From contig CAVWEW010000005.1 of NCBI GenBank assembly GCA_963754255.1, positions 77,020 to 141,019 of the forward strand: a DNA stretch of 64,000 bases, in the 5' to 3' direction. How positions within the stretch are numbered: the first letter of the stretch is position 1; every line of letters begins with the position of its first letter. Below, piece after piece: positions 1-9,259 of the stretch. The position numbers were made by a program, and so were the translations under genes. This DNA is from an uncultured Actinomycetota bacterium. GTDB lineage: Bacteria; Actinomycetota; Acidimicrobiia; Acidimicrobiales; Bog-793. Under the pieces are notes generated by a model. It was given only the letters and a program-made list of their open reading frames with translations. It made no database searches and was not told the origin of the DNA.

Positions 1-187
1 CTGGGGCGGCTCGTGGGACATGAGCGACTGGATCCTTCATCTCGACCCCGGGGAGGCCGCAGAGCTGGGGCGACGGTTCCATGAGCTGTGCGCGCCCTAC
101 CGTCAGGAGGCCGATCGCCCGCGGGCAGGAACACGGCGGGTGGTGGTGCAGTTCCAGATCATGCCGACAGCGGAGGAACCGTCGTGA
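1..187 (+). CDS. 3' end of probable ArsR/HTH-type transcriptional regulator (partial)
   Basis: Frame 2 reads WGGSWDMSDWILHLDPGEAAELGRRFHELCAPYR...RRVVVQFQIMP then TGA 185-187, overlapping the MFS start (GTGA). Resembles C-termini of actinobacterial HTH regulators found before MFS genes; the HTH itself is outside the window. Confidence 0.5.
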   Translation, partial: WGGSWDMSDWILHLDPGEAAELGRRFHELCAPYRQEADRPRAGTRRVVVQFQIMPTAEEPS

Positions 188-1499
188 TCGCCGCCCGCGA
201 CCGGCGACCGGTGACCGGTCTTCTCGGCGCCGTCGGTGCCTCCTTGCTCGGCACCCGCATGTCCTTCCTGGCCCTGCCGTGGTTCGTCTTGACCACGACG
301 GGCAGCGCCACCCGGACCGGCCTGGTCGCCTTCGCCGAGATGGGGCCGTACGTCGGCGTGCAGGCCCTCGGCGGCCCGCTCGTGGACCGCCTCGGCGCTC
401 GTCGTGTCTCGATCACCACCGACGTGGTGGCCGCCGTGTTCATCGGCGCCGTGCCGGCCCTAGAGGCCGCCCACGTCCTGTCGATTCCGCTCCTGGCCGC
501 TCTCGTGGCCGTAGCGGGGGCGGCGCGGCGCGCGGTGACTCGGCCCGCGATGTGCTCGTCCCGGGGGTGGGCGAGCTGGCAGAGATGCCCCTGGAACGCT
601 CGAGCGGGCTCTATGACGGTGTCAACCGGCTCGCCACGCTGGTGGGGGCACCCCTCGCCGGGGCGCTCGTGCTGGCCACCTCGGCGCTCAGCGTCCTTGC
701 CATCGATGCGGGGACGTTCGCGGTCTCGGCCCTGCTCGTCGCCCGGCTCGTGCCGAGGGCGGCCCAGCCACCGCCCGAGCACCGAGACGGGGCGGCAACC
801 GAGGCCTCCTATCTGGCCTCCCTCGGCGAGGGGTTCAGGTACCTGTTGAAGGACAGGCTGCTGGTGGCTATCGCAGCCATGGTCCTCGTGACGAACTTCG
901 TCGATCAGGCCGGCGGCACCGTGCTGTCTCCTGTCTGGGCCCACAGTGTCGCCCACAGCTCGTTGGCCCTCGGGCTGATCGGAGGTGCATTTGCTCTCGG
1001 TGCAGTCGCCGGCAATGCCATGACGACGTGGCTCGGGCCGAGGCTCCCGCGGCGGATGACGTACGCTGTCGGCTTCCTCCTCGGCGGGGCGCCCCGCTAC
1101 GTCGCCCTGGCGCTCTCTGCCAGCGTGTCTCCCGTGTTGGCCGTCATGTTCCTCGGAGGCCTCGGGGCGGGCGGCATCAACCCCATCCTCGGAGCGGTGG
1201 AGTACGAACGGGTGCCGCGTCACCTGCAGGCTCGCGTGCTCGGGGCAGTCGGGGCGTCGGCATGGGCGGGCATACCGTTCGGGAGCTTGGCCGGGGGCTT
1301 GGTGGTGGCGGCCTTCGGGCTGCGGCCGGCTCTGTTGGCGGCCGCGGTTCTTTACGGCCTGACCACCCTGGTGCCCTTCGTGTTTCCCGTCTGGGGACAG
1401 ATGGAGCGGGCCGATACAGGCGGGCCACCGGCCGGCGTGGGACCGGTTGCCACAGCCGGGGACAGCTCGGAGCCTGCACGCCGCGTCTCTGAAGGCTGA
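184..1499 (+). CDS. MFS transporter (DHA3/macrolide-efflux-like), frameshifted near 530
   Basis: N-half in ORF 88..849 (GTRMSFLALPWFVLTTTGSATRTG, GPLVDRLGARR motif A); C-half in ORF 81..1499 (ERVPRHLQARVLG); multiple TM segments. Confidence 0.85.
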
Positions 1500-1616
1500 G
1501 GTCCGGAGAGGGCGCAAGTTCTCGAGGCGACGCGGCTCACCTCGGTATGCGCGGCGAGGTCCTGGTCGCCCTCAGCCCGGCCGGCGATGTGAGGCTGAAG
1601 CCATCTCACTCGCCTG

Positions 1617-2699
1617 TCAGCTGAGGTGCCCGCGGGCCGATATCGGCCACCGGTCCACAACCCGGCCCTGGGCCACCACCTCGTAGTGGTCGAAGAGGTT
1701 CACCACCGTGCAGACGTGGTTCGGCACCACCCGGACGATCGAGCCGACGGGCGGGGGCGCTTGCCCATTGAGCTGGACGAGGCCGTGGCACTCGGACAGA
1801 GCGACGAGCGGGGCGTCGCCCAGCTCCGGCACCACGCCGTGACCGGGCAACCAGCCGGGCCTGTCGCTCGCCAGGGCCTTGCTGCCGGCGTCCACGACCG
1901 CCTGGCCGGGAACGGCCGTGCTCACGACAGTGGCGGCCACGGCGACGGCGACATCGCTCCGCGAGGCCGAGCCGAGAGCGAGCTGCTGGCGGTCATTGAA
2001 CACATACGTGCCGGGCCGCTCCTCGGTCACCGGTCCCGTGGCCGACGCGATGGCGGTGGGGGTGGAGCCGGCGCTCACGGTCTGAGCGGCAACCCCGTGT
2101 TCGGCGAGGGACGCCACCGCCTGTGCGAGCCCCTCGGTCTCGTCGAGGGCGGCACCTGCGGGCGCCGAGGGCGCCAGGTAGCCATGGCCGCCATGGGTGA
2201 ACACTCCTTCGATCCGCAAGCCGAGCTCCGCGCAACGCTGGGCGAGATCGCCCGCGGCCTCAGGGGGGACGCCGCTGCGATGCTGGCCGCAATCGACCTC
2301 GATCAGCACTGTCAACAGCCCGGCCGCACCGGCCGCCACCAAGGACCGGGCAGCCTCGAGTGAGTCGAGGCCGAGAGAGACCCGGGCCCTCCCCGCCAGT
2401 GCCCGCAGCCGCGGCGCCTTCCGGGCGGAGGCGTAGAAGGGGTAGGCGACGAAAAGGTCCTCGCAACCGGCATCGGCGAACACCTCCGCCTCGCCGAGTG
2501 AGGCGACCGTGAGACCGCACGCACCCTGGTCGAGCTGCATGCGGGCGATGTGCGGCGACTTGTGCGTCTTGGCGTGGGGCCGCAGCGCCACGCCTGTTCC
2601 CAGCATCCGCTCCGCCATCGAGGCGACGTTCGCCGAGAGCGTGTCGTGGTCGACGAGCAATGCCGGCGTATCGATGTCCTCGGGGAGGGCCCACATCAC
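1617..2699 (-). CDS. DSD1/D-threonine aldolase-like PLP-dependent enzyme (alanine racemase fold)
   Basis: TPALLVD, LRPHAKTHKS (PLP Lys), GSTPT, EERPGTYVFND, SECHG, PNHVCTVVN motifs. Confidence 0.9.
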   Translation of the reverse strand: MMWALPEDIDTPALLVDHDTLSANVASMAERMLGTGVALRPHAKTHKSPHIARMQLDQGACGLTVASLGEAEVFADAGCEDLFVAYPFYASARKAPRLRALAGRARVSLGLDSLEAARSLVAAGAAGLLTVLIEVDCGQHRSGVPPEAAGDLAQRCAELGLRIEGVFTHGGHGYLAPSAPAGAALDETEGLAQAVASLAEHGVAAQTVSAGSTPTAIASATGPVTEERPGTYVFNDRQQLALGSASRSDVAVAVAATVVSTAVPGQAVVDAGSKALASDRPGWLPGHGVVPELGDAPLVALSECHGLVQLNGQAPPPVGSIVRVVPNHVCTVVNLFDHYEVVAQGRVVDRWPISARGHLS

Positions 2700-2711
2700 G
2701 AGGGCCTCAGG

Positions 2712-3689
2712 CTATGACGGCGATCTAAGAGAGCGCAACGCGGGCAACAGCTCCTTTTCTGCCCAGGAGGTGAACGGCAACTGCTGGTCACCTCCGATCT
2801 GGACGAGGGCCAAGCGCGTGAAGCCGGCGTCGAGGAACGGCTTGGCGGCCTCGACGAACTCGTCGACGTCCGACCCGCACGGAATGGACTTGGCCACGTC
2901 CTCCGGCCGGACGTATTGGGAGGCGGCGTCGAACGCGGCAGTGCCGGGAAGCTCGGCGTTGATCTTCCAGCCGCCGCCGAACCATCTGAACAACCGGTGC
3001 GCCCGCCTCACCGCCTCGTCACGGTCGGCGTCATAACAGACCGGGAGCTGGCCCACCCGGGGCTTGCCGGCTCCCCCGGCCTCGTCGAAGAGACGGCCCA
3101 GCTCGGCTTCCGGCTCCACGGCGATCATGAGGTCGGCATAGCGACCGGCAAGCTCGCAGGACTGCGGACCTGAGACCGCGATTCCGAGGGGCGGCGGCGA
3201 CGACGGCAGATCCCAGATCTTGGCGGAATCGACCTGGAAATGCTCGCCCTGGTAACTCACGTACTGGCCCCCCCAGAGCTCGGTGATGATCTCGACGGCC
3301 TCGCTCAGCATGGCATGGCGGACGTTGGCGGCGGGCCACCCGCCGCCGGTGACGTGCTCGTTCAAGTTCTCCCCTGCTCCGAGGCCGAGCGTGAAGCGTC
3401 CGTCTGACAGCAGGGCCACGGTGGCCGCCTTCTGAGCGACCACGGCCGGGTGGTAGCGCTTGATGGGGCAGGTGACGTACGTCATGAGCCCGATCCTGTC
3501 CGTGGCCTGGGCCGCCGCGCCGAGGACGGACCAGGCGTAGGGGGAATGCCCCATGGAGTCGAGCCAGGGAAAGTAATGGTCCGAGATGACGGAGAAGTCG
3601 AAGCCGGCCTCTTCCGCCGCCTGCACGTGAGCCACCAGCTCCTTCGGGCCGGCCTGCTCGCACATCATCGTGTAACCGAACGTCGTCAT
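2712..3689 (-). CDS. LLM-class F420-dependent oxidoreductase (TIGR03557-like)
   Basis: FGYTMMCEQAGP, ISDHYFPW, GLGAGENLNEH motifs. Confidence 0.9.
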   Translation of the reverse strand: MTTFGYTMMCEQAGPKELVAHVQAAEEAGFDFSVISDHYFPWLDSMGHSPYAWSVLGAAAQATDRIGLMTYVTCPIKRYHPAVVAQKAATVALLSDGRFTLGLGAGENLNEHVTGGGWPAANVRHAMLSEAVEIITELWGGQYVSYQGEHFQVDSAKIWDLPSSPPPLGIAVSGPQSCELAGRYADLMIAVEPEAELGRLFDEAGGAGKPRVGQLPVCYDADRDEAVRRAHRLFRWFGGGWKINAELPGTAAFDAASQYVRPEDVAKSIPCGSDVDEFVEAAKPFLDAGFTRLALVQIGGDQQLPFTSWAEKELLPALRSLRSPS

Positions 3690-3697
3690 ACGGGGTA

Positions 3698-3723
3698 CTT
3701 TCCTCCCCCGACGAGATCGAAAC
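3698..3723 (-). promoter_or_regulatory. Possible SigF/SigB-type general stress promoter
   Basis: GTTT-N16-GGAAAG ending 8 nt before the ATG at 3689. Confidence 0.35.
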
Positions 3724-3806
3724 GTTCCCCCGCGTCCCGCCCGGCAACGTCTTCCCGGACCGCTCAGCGCCGAGTCGGCTGACCTACGTCGGAGCCAGCC
3801 GGTCCT

Positions 3807-4223
3807 CTACTCGAGGGCCGACAGCGACGCCTTCACCTCCTGGACCAACCAGGTATTGCCGTCGGGGTCGTCGAACGAGAGAAAGGAGTTGTAGTCGCTC
3901 CTGTTCTCGTCCGGTCCCGGCTGCTGGCCTCCGGAGTCGTAGTGGAAGATCTCGCTCGGGCCGGCGCCTCGCTCGTCGAGCTCGTCCTTGGCGGCGTCGA
4001 TGTCGGGGACGATGAGATGCAGCCCGTGCACCGACCCGGCCGCTTGCTCGTTCTTCATGAGGGCGATCGAGCACGCTGAGCCCGGCGGGGTCAGCTGGAC
4101 GACCCGAAAGTCCCCTTCCTCGTGGTCGACGTGGACGCCGAAGCCGGCCTTGTCCGTGTAGAAGGTCTTCGCCCGATCCAGGTCTGCCACAGGCACCACG
4201 ATCAACTCGAGCTTCCAGTCCAT
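3807..4223 (-). CDS. VOC/glyoxalase family protein
   Basis: MDWKLELIVVPVADLDRAKTFY, VQLTPPGSACSI, DPDGNTWLVQE; AAGGAG RBS. Confidence 0.9.
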   Translation of the reverse strand: MDWKLELIVVPVADLDRAKTFYTDKAGFGVHVDHEEGDFRVVQLTPPGSACSIALMKNEQAAGSVHGLHLIVPDIDAAKDELDERGAGPSEIFHYDSGGQQPGPDENRSDYNSFLSFDDPDGNTWLVQEVKASLSALE

Positions 4224-4443
4224 GAGCGTGCTCTCCTTCGCTTCGGCTTAAGCCGCTGGTTCGTTCAGGTCATCCGACGCTTTCTCCGGCCAAAACTCAT
4301 CTACGGCACACTCGCCGGCTGGCCCCTCACCGCCGGCGAGAGGCGATCCTGCCCGAGACACGAATCGGCGCCCGGCCTCCCCGCCAGCACCGGCATAGGG
4401 TACTCACGTGTCGCCCGCCGGCCCCGCCACGCCGAGCTGAGCC

Positions 4444-4728
4444 GTGGCCCTCACTATCTACGGTGCGCTGGCGGTCAGCTTCATGATGGTCATGTACGCC
4501 CTCGAATCACGGAGCCGCCATTTCGTCGCCGCTTTCGCCCTCGGCTGTGCCCTCTCGAGCAGCTACGGCTTCCTCGCCGGGACCTGGCCGTTCGGGGCGG
4601 TGGAGGCGGTGTGGACGCTCGTGGCCCTGCGCCGCTACTACTCCACCCGGGCCGGCCCGGCTGGGAATGCCGGCGCCCCGTCCCGTTCCCGAGCCTCTGA
4701 GCTGATTCGCGGCAAAGACCACGCTTGA
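4444..4728 (+). CDS. Small membrane protein of unknown function (about 3 TM)
   Basis: Hydrophobic ORF with YALE and YGFLAGTWPFGAVEAVW segments; GC-typical codon usage. Confidence 0.7.
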   Translation: MALTIYGALAVSFMMVMYALESRSRHFVAAFALGCALSSSYGFLAGTWPFGAVEAVWTLVALRRYYSTRAGPAGNAGAPSRSRASELIRGKDHA

Positions 4729-4747
4729 TCTCGTCCGGTGGCGGCCA

Positions 4748-5764
4748 TTATCGGCCCACGTCCCCCACTTGGAGGACGACCTTGCCGTAACGATCCGGTG
4801 CGGACAGCCGAGCGGCCGCGCCGGCCAGGTCGGCGAGAGGGAACACGCTGTCGATCACCGGACGCCATGCAGCCGCCTCCACGTGATGGAGGAGGGCCCG
4901 GAAGTCCGCCGGGCTCCCCATAGAGGTCCCCACGATCGATCGCCAATTCCAGTAGACGTCGGCCACCTCGACCGTGGCGGCGGGGCCGCCGGTGTCGCCG
5001 AAAGTCACCAGGGTGCCCCCCCACCTGAGCAGCGGCAATGCCCCCGCCCAGGACGGGCCGCCGTAGCTGTCGACGACGAGGTCGAGCGGGCCCCCGGCGG
5101 CCTCCACCACCGCCTCCGGCCAGCCCGGGTCGTTGTGATTCGGCGCTGCCGTGGCGCCGAGTGCGATCGCGTGCTCCGCCTTCTCCTCGCTGCTTGTAGT
5201 CACGACGACGGTTGCTCCGGCGGCCACGGCCATCTGCACGAGGAACGACGACACTCCGCCGCTTGCTCCGGTGATGAGGACACGGTCAGAGCTCGACACC
5301 CGACCGCACGTGAACAACGCCCGCCACGCCGTCAACCCGCCGAGCGGCAGTGCACCTGCCTCTTCCCAGTTCAGCCGGGTCGGCCGGGGGGCGACATTGT
5401 GACAGGACACGACCACCTGCTCGGCGAAGGTGCCGTCGGTGGGCGCGCCGAGGATGTCGAAGTCGGGGCCGGGCACGTCGGCCCCTTCAGGCCAGTGCAG
5501 CGTGGGGTTGACGACCACCTCGTCGCCGGCGCTGACACCGAGGACGCCTTCGCCCACGGAAGTCACGACGCCGGCTCCGTCGGATCCGAGGGTGACCGGC
5601 AGTGGGCAGTAACCAGGCGTCGTCCAGACCCACGGATCCCGCCTGTTCAGCGCTGCCGCCCGCACCTGCACCACCACCTGCCCGGGGCCTGGGACCGGAT
5701 CTGGCAGCTCGCTCATCTCGAAACGGGGAGGGTCTCCGAACTCTGAGAGGCGCATGGCTTTCAC
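4748..5764 (-). CDS. MDR-family zinc-binding/NADPH:quinone oxidoreductase-like dehydrogenase
   Basis: AAALNRRD, LGSDGAGVV, GASGGV nucleotide-binding motif, C-terminal GKVVL. Confidence 0.9.
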   Translation of the reverse strand: MKAMRLSEFGDPPRFEMSELPDPVPGPGQVVVQVRAAALNRRDPWVWTTPGYCPLPVTLGSDGAGVVTSVGEGVLGVSAGDEVVVNPTLHWPEGADVPGPDFDILGAPTDGTFAEQVVVSCHNVAPRPTRLNWEEAGALPLGGLTAWRALFTCGRVSSSDRVLITGASGGVSSFLVQMAVAAGATVVVTTSSEEKAEHAIALGATAAPNHNDPGWPEAVVEAAGGPLDLVVDSYGGPSWAGALPLLRWGGTLVTFGDTGGPAATVEVADVYWNWRSIVGTSMGSPADFRALLHHVEAAAWRPVIDSVFPLADLAGAAARLSAPDRYGKVVLQVGDVGR

Positions 5765-5853
5765 GAGAGTGGGTTTCTAGCGGGATGAAGGGCCACCGCC
5801 GGCAGAGGCGCGTCATCCGCCTCCGCCGATCTCCGTGGTAGAGATGGCGCCCT

Positions 5854-6321
5854 GTGACCGACGACCTGCCTGGCGCCGGCTCGGACGCCTCCGTCGGTGG
5901 AGGGCAGCGCAGCCGGAGGCTGCACTGGGGCGACCTCGTGGTTCCGGTGCTGGTGGAACTGGCCGTCTCGGTCCCGACGCTCCTGATCGAGGAGACGTGG
6001 CACGGGCGCCCGATGATCGATGAGCGCTCCGGCCTGTGGCTGGTGCCCGCCTGCATCGTGGGAGCGGCCTTCCTCGCCGGTGGAGCGATTGCCGGTTACC
6101 GCCGGCGATCGACGGCCGCCGCCGTGCGCGCCACACTGGCGGCGGCCCTCGCCGTGGCGGTCTTGCTGCTGGCAGACCTGATCCGTCGATTCTGGTTGGT
6201 GCACGAGTCGCTCCCGGGGGGCGTGGAGCGGCTCTGGTACCTCGGGGTGGCAGCTGCTCTCGTGCTGAGCGCAGCCGGATCCCAGATCGGCAGCCGCGTC
6301 GGCCTGAGGGATCGCCGCTGA
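5854..6321 (+). CDS. Hypothetical membrane protein (about 4 TM)
   Basis: Four hydrophobic stretches; fills the gap between flanking genes. Confidence 0.6.
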   Translation: MTDDLPGAGSDASVGGGQRSRRLHWGDLVVPVLVELAVSVPTLLIEETWHGRPMIDERSGLWLVPACIVGAAFLAGGAIAGYRRRSTAAAVRATLAAALAVAVLLLADLIRRFWLVHESLPGGVERLWYLGVAAALVLSAAGSQIGSRVGLRDRR

Positions 6322-6368
6322 CGGCGCCCACGGGCTTTTCCTCGACTACGGGCTGGAGATGCTCGCGG

Positions 6369-8169
6369 CTAAGCCGCCAAGAAACCCCCCGACTGATGCC
6401 GCCACAACCTCCCGTACACGCCGGCCTCACCGAGGCGAAGCAGGTCGGCGTGGAGATCCGTCCTCGACGATCCGGCCGTGCTCCACTACGACTATGCGGT
6501 CGAGACGAGCGATGGTCGCCAGGCGGTGGGCGACGACAAGCGCCGTCGCCCCGTCCATCAACCGCCACAGCGCTTCTTGGACGAGCGCCTCGGACTCGGA
6601 GTCAAGCGCCGAGGTGGCTTCGTCGAGGATGAGCAGGGGCGCCCCCTTTGCCATCGCCTGGGCGATAGCCACCCGCTGGCGCTGGCCACCGGAGAGCTTC
6701 AACCCGCGCTCGCCGACCACGGTCTGATAGCCCTCTGGCAGTCGATTGACGAATTCCTCCACATGGGCTGCCCGCCCGACCGCCCGGACGAGATCCATGT
6801 CCGGTCCGTCCATGCCCTCCATCCCGTAGCAGATGTTCTCGGCGACGCTGCGGTGGAGCATCTGAGGGTCCTGGGGCACGTAGGAGATGTGGCGGCGGAG
6901 GGATTGCTGGGTGACAGAGGATATGTCCTGCCCGTCGACGAGGATCTGGCCGCCTTGAATGTCCATGAACCGCAGCAGCAGCTTCGTGAGCGTCGTCTTG
7001 CCGGAGCCGGACGAGCCGACCAGGCCGACGTGCTCGCCGGGCTCGATGGTGAGGTTCAGCCGCTCGAAGAGCGGCGCCGAGCGGGCGTAGCCGAACTCGA
7101 CCCGTGAGAAGTGGATCGCCCCCGCCGTGACGACGAGGTCGGCGGCGTCGGGAGCGTCCCTGATCTCGGGGACCGTCGCCGCCACGCCGGCGAACTTGGC
7201 GCACCGGCCGAGGTCGCGCGAGACCGACCGGATGTGCTCGAAGCTCTCCTCGAGCAGCCCGACCACCTGGGTGGCGTAGAAGAGGATGAGGTAGACCGCG
7301 CCCGCCTGCACGGTGTGGTGAAGAGCAAGGATCGACCCCACTATGACCGCCACCCAGCTGAAGGCGGCGAGCGACGACTCCATCTGGAGGCGCGTGGCGG
7401 AAAAGACCTTGCGGGCGCGTAGGTCAGCCGCCACAGACTCCCCGACGAGGCCGCGCACCCGCGCCCGTTCGAGGTCCTCGGCGGACTGGGTCCTTATGGT
7501 CGTGAGGTTGGCGATCGTGTCGGACACCACCCCTGTGGCCTTCGTGTGCGCCTCGGAGAATTCCTTTGCCGCCACGACGACGCGCTCCATGCGGTGATAG
7601 AGGACCGCGGCGAACACGAGGACGAGGCCGACGAGGACGAGGGCGACCGGCCACGCCACGATGGCGAGCACGACGACAGCCCCGAGGAGCGTGACCCCGA
7701 TGCGCAAGAAGCCCCACGTCGCCGTGTCGAGCAGTTCCACAAAGGCCCACGAGAAGGTCTCGAGGGTGGAGATCACCTCACCCGAGGGCCGGTCGGTGTG
7801 CCAACGGTGGCTGAGCGAGACCAGGTGGTCGTACCCGTTGGTGATGGCGTTGGCGAAGGCGCGAAGGGACGCCCCCCATTCCACCCAGCCGGCAAGGCGC
7901 CAGAGGACGGTCGAGGCGGCGAGCAGAACCCCGTAGGCGATCAGCAACGGCCCGAAGGTGCCCTCGAGGCTGGCGTGGCGCGGAAGGTCGGCCACCCTTG
8001 TCAGCAAGGAGGCGAAGATGAGCGGCCCGGCGACGGCCTGGGTGAGGGTGCTCATGGCGACGAGCGCCCACCCGAGGATCAGCTGGCCGCGATGAGGTCC
8101 GACCTGCCTCCAGCAGAATTTGAGGGTGTCCGATGTCGATGAAGAAGGAAACAGCGTGTCGTTGCCCAT
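6369..8169 (-). CDS. ABC exporter, fused permease plus ATPase (frameshift near 6452 in the last ~30 codons)
   Basis: TM domain, Walker A GSSGSGKT, LSGGQRQR, LILDEATSALD, H-loop AHRL. Removing one base restores the tail GSHADLLRLGEAGVYGRLWRHQSGGFLAA with stop at 6369-6371. Confidence 0.92.
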
Positions 8170-8391
8170 GAGTTGCTCCGGCTCCTGGTGGGTCGGATGA
8201 GTTCGGTGATTGATGAGGATCCCGTCATGACCGGGGGACGGCGGACGGGCGGCCGACTCGCAGTGTTGAGGGGAGTCGGGTGCTACGGAGACCGCATGAC
8301 GGCGGGGCCACCGGGCGGCGCAGAGCCGAGGGGGATCCGCCGGCGGCGTCCGGGGCCGGAGCGAGCTCCGGTGCTCAGACGAGGCGAAGGC
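8170..8391 (-). promoter_or_regulatory. Structured C-rich 5' leader between the small ORF and the ABC exporter
   Basis: Nested inverted repeats: 8217-8223/8332-8338, 8222-8229/8295-8302, 8253-8259/8273-8279, plus a CCGGAGC/GCTCCGG hairpin at about 8356-8371. Confidence 0.45.
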
Positions 8392-8535
8392 TCAGATCGA
8401 GAAAGTGATCTGGCTCGGCGGGAAGCCGTACCCGCCTCTGCAGACGCTCGCCCCGCTCGGGGCGGTTGCGGCTGCGCAGCAAGACGCGAGGCCGAGCGGA
8501 CCGGTCAGCCGGCTCATGTCGATCACGGTTGTCAT
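8392..8535 (-). CDS. 47-aa Cys/Gly/Ala-rich peptide (putative leader peptide)
   Basis: Strong RBS GGGAGGTG 5 nt before ATG; MTTVIDMSRLTGPLGLASCCAAATAPSGASVCRGGYGFPPSQITFSI; TACCGT -10-like box upstream. Confidence 0.55.
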   Translation of the reverse strand: MTTVIDMSRLTGPLGLASCCAAATAPSGASVCRGGYGFPPSQITFSI

Positions 8536-8658
8536 ACGGTCACCTCCCGCCTCTCGTCGCTGTCGGCCACCACGGTAGCGCATGGGAACAGGGGCGGCGC
8601 CAACCTGGACGGCGCTGTGGGCGCCGGCCCGAGTGCACCGGTAACAACGGGCGGCGGC

Positions 8659-9238
8659 ATGCACCGGGCCGCCGGAGGCAACGTCCGCGCTCCATCCTCG
8701 CCCTGCTGGCCGATCAGGCCGTCAAGGGCGGGCCGGCCATCCACGGCTATCAGATGATCCAGGAGCTTTCGGCTCGTACCGGCGGAGCGTGGCGGCCGAG
8801 CCCGCGATCGATCTACCCCACACTGCAGCTCCTCGAGGACGAGGGCCTTGTCTCGAGCAGCGCGCCGAACGGCAAGCGCCTCTTCGAGCTCACCGACAGC
8901 GGACAGGCCGAGTTCGAGCAGAGCCGGCAGTCGAGGCGCCGTGGGAGCAGGTGTCAGACGGCTTCGGCGAATCGAGGCTCCAGTTGAAGATCGCCCTGCG
9001 CGGGACGATCAGACAGCTGATGTGGGTCGCCAAGCACGCCACCGAGGATCAGCAAGCGGCGCTTCAGAGCCTCCTCAGCGAGCTGAGCGAGAAGCTGACA
9101 GCCCTCTTCCCCGACAGCACCGGTGACGACGACCCCCGTGAGTTCCGTGGCAGGGGTCACAGCCGGGGGGGCGGACGCCCAGGCGGCGAAGGCGGCCGGC
9201 ACCGGCCGGCAGAGTGGGACGAGAGCTTCGACGTGTGA
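8659..9238 (+). CDS. PadR-family transcriptional regulator (frameshifts near 8690 and 8930)
   Basis: SILALL..HGYQMIQELSARTGGAWRPSPRSIYPTLQLLEDEGLV..KRLFELTDSG; C-terminal part continues in ORF 8789..9238 (APWEQV). Confidence 0.85.
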
Positions 9239-9259
9239 AAGTGGGCACCGCCCGCCGGC

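Noticed and set aside
4438-4440. Selenocysteine UGA in front of the small membrane protein
   Set aside because: No redox motif context, no convincing SECIS, and a plausible GTG start follows immediately.
8392-8535. RiPP biosynthetic cluster around the Cys-rich peptide
   Set aside because: No YcaO, LanB/C/M, radical SAM or peptidase-domain transporter in the window; kept only as an alternative to the leader-peptide model.
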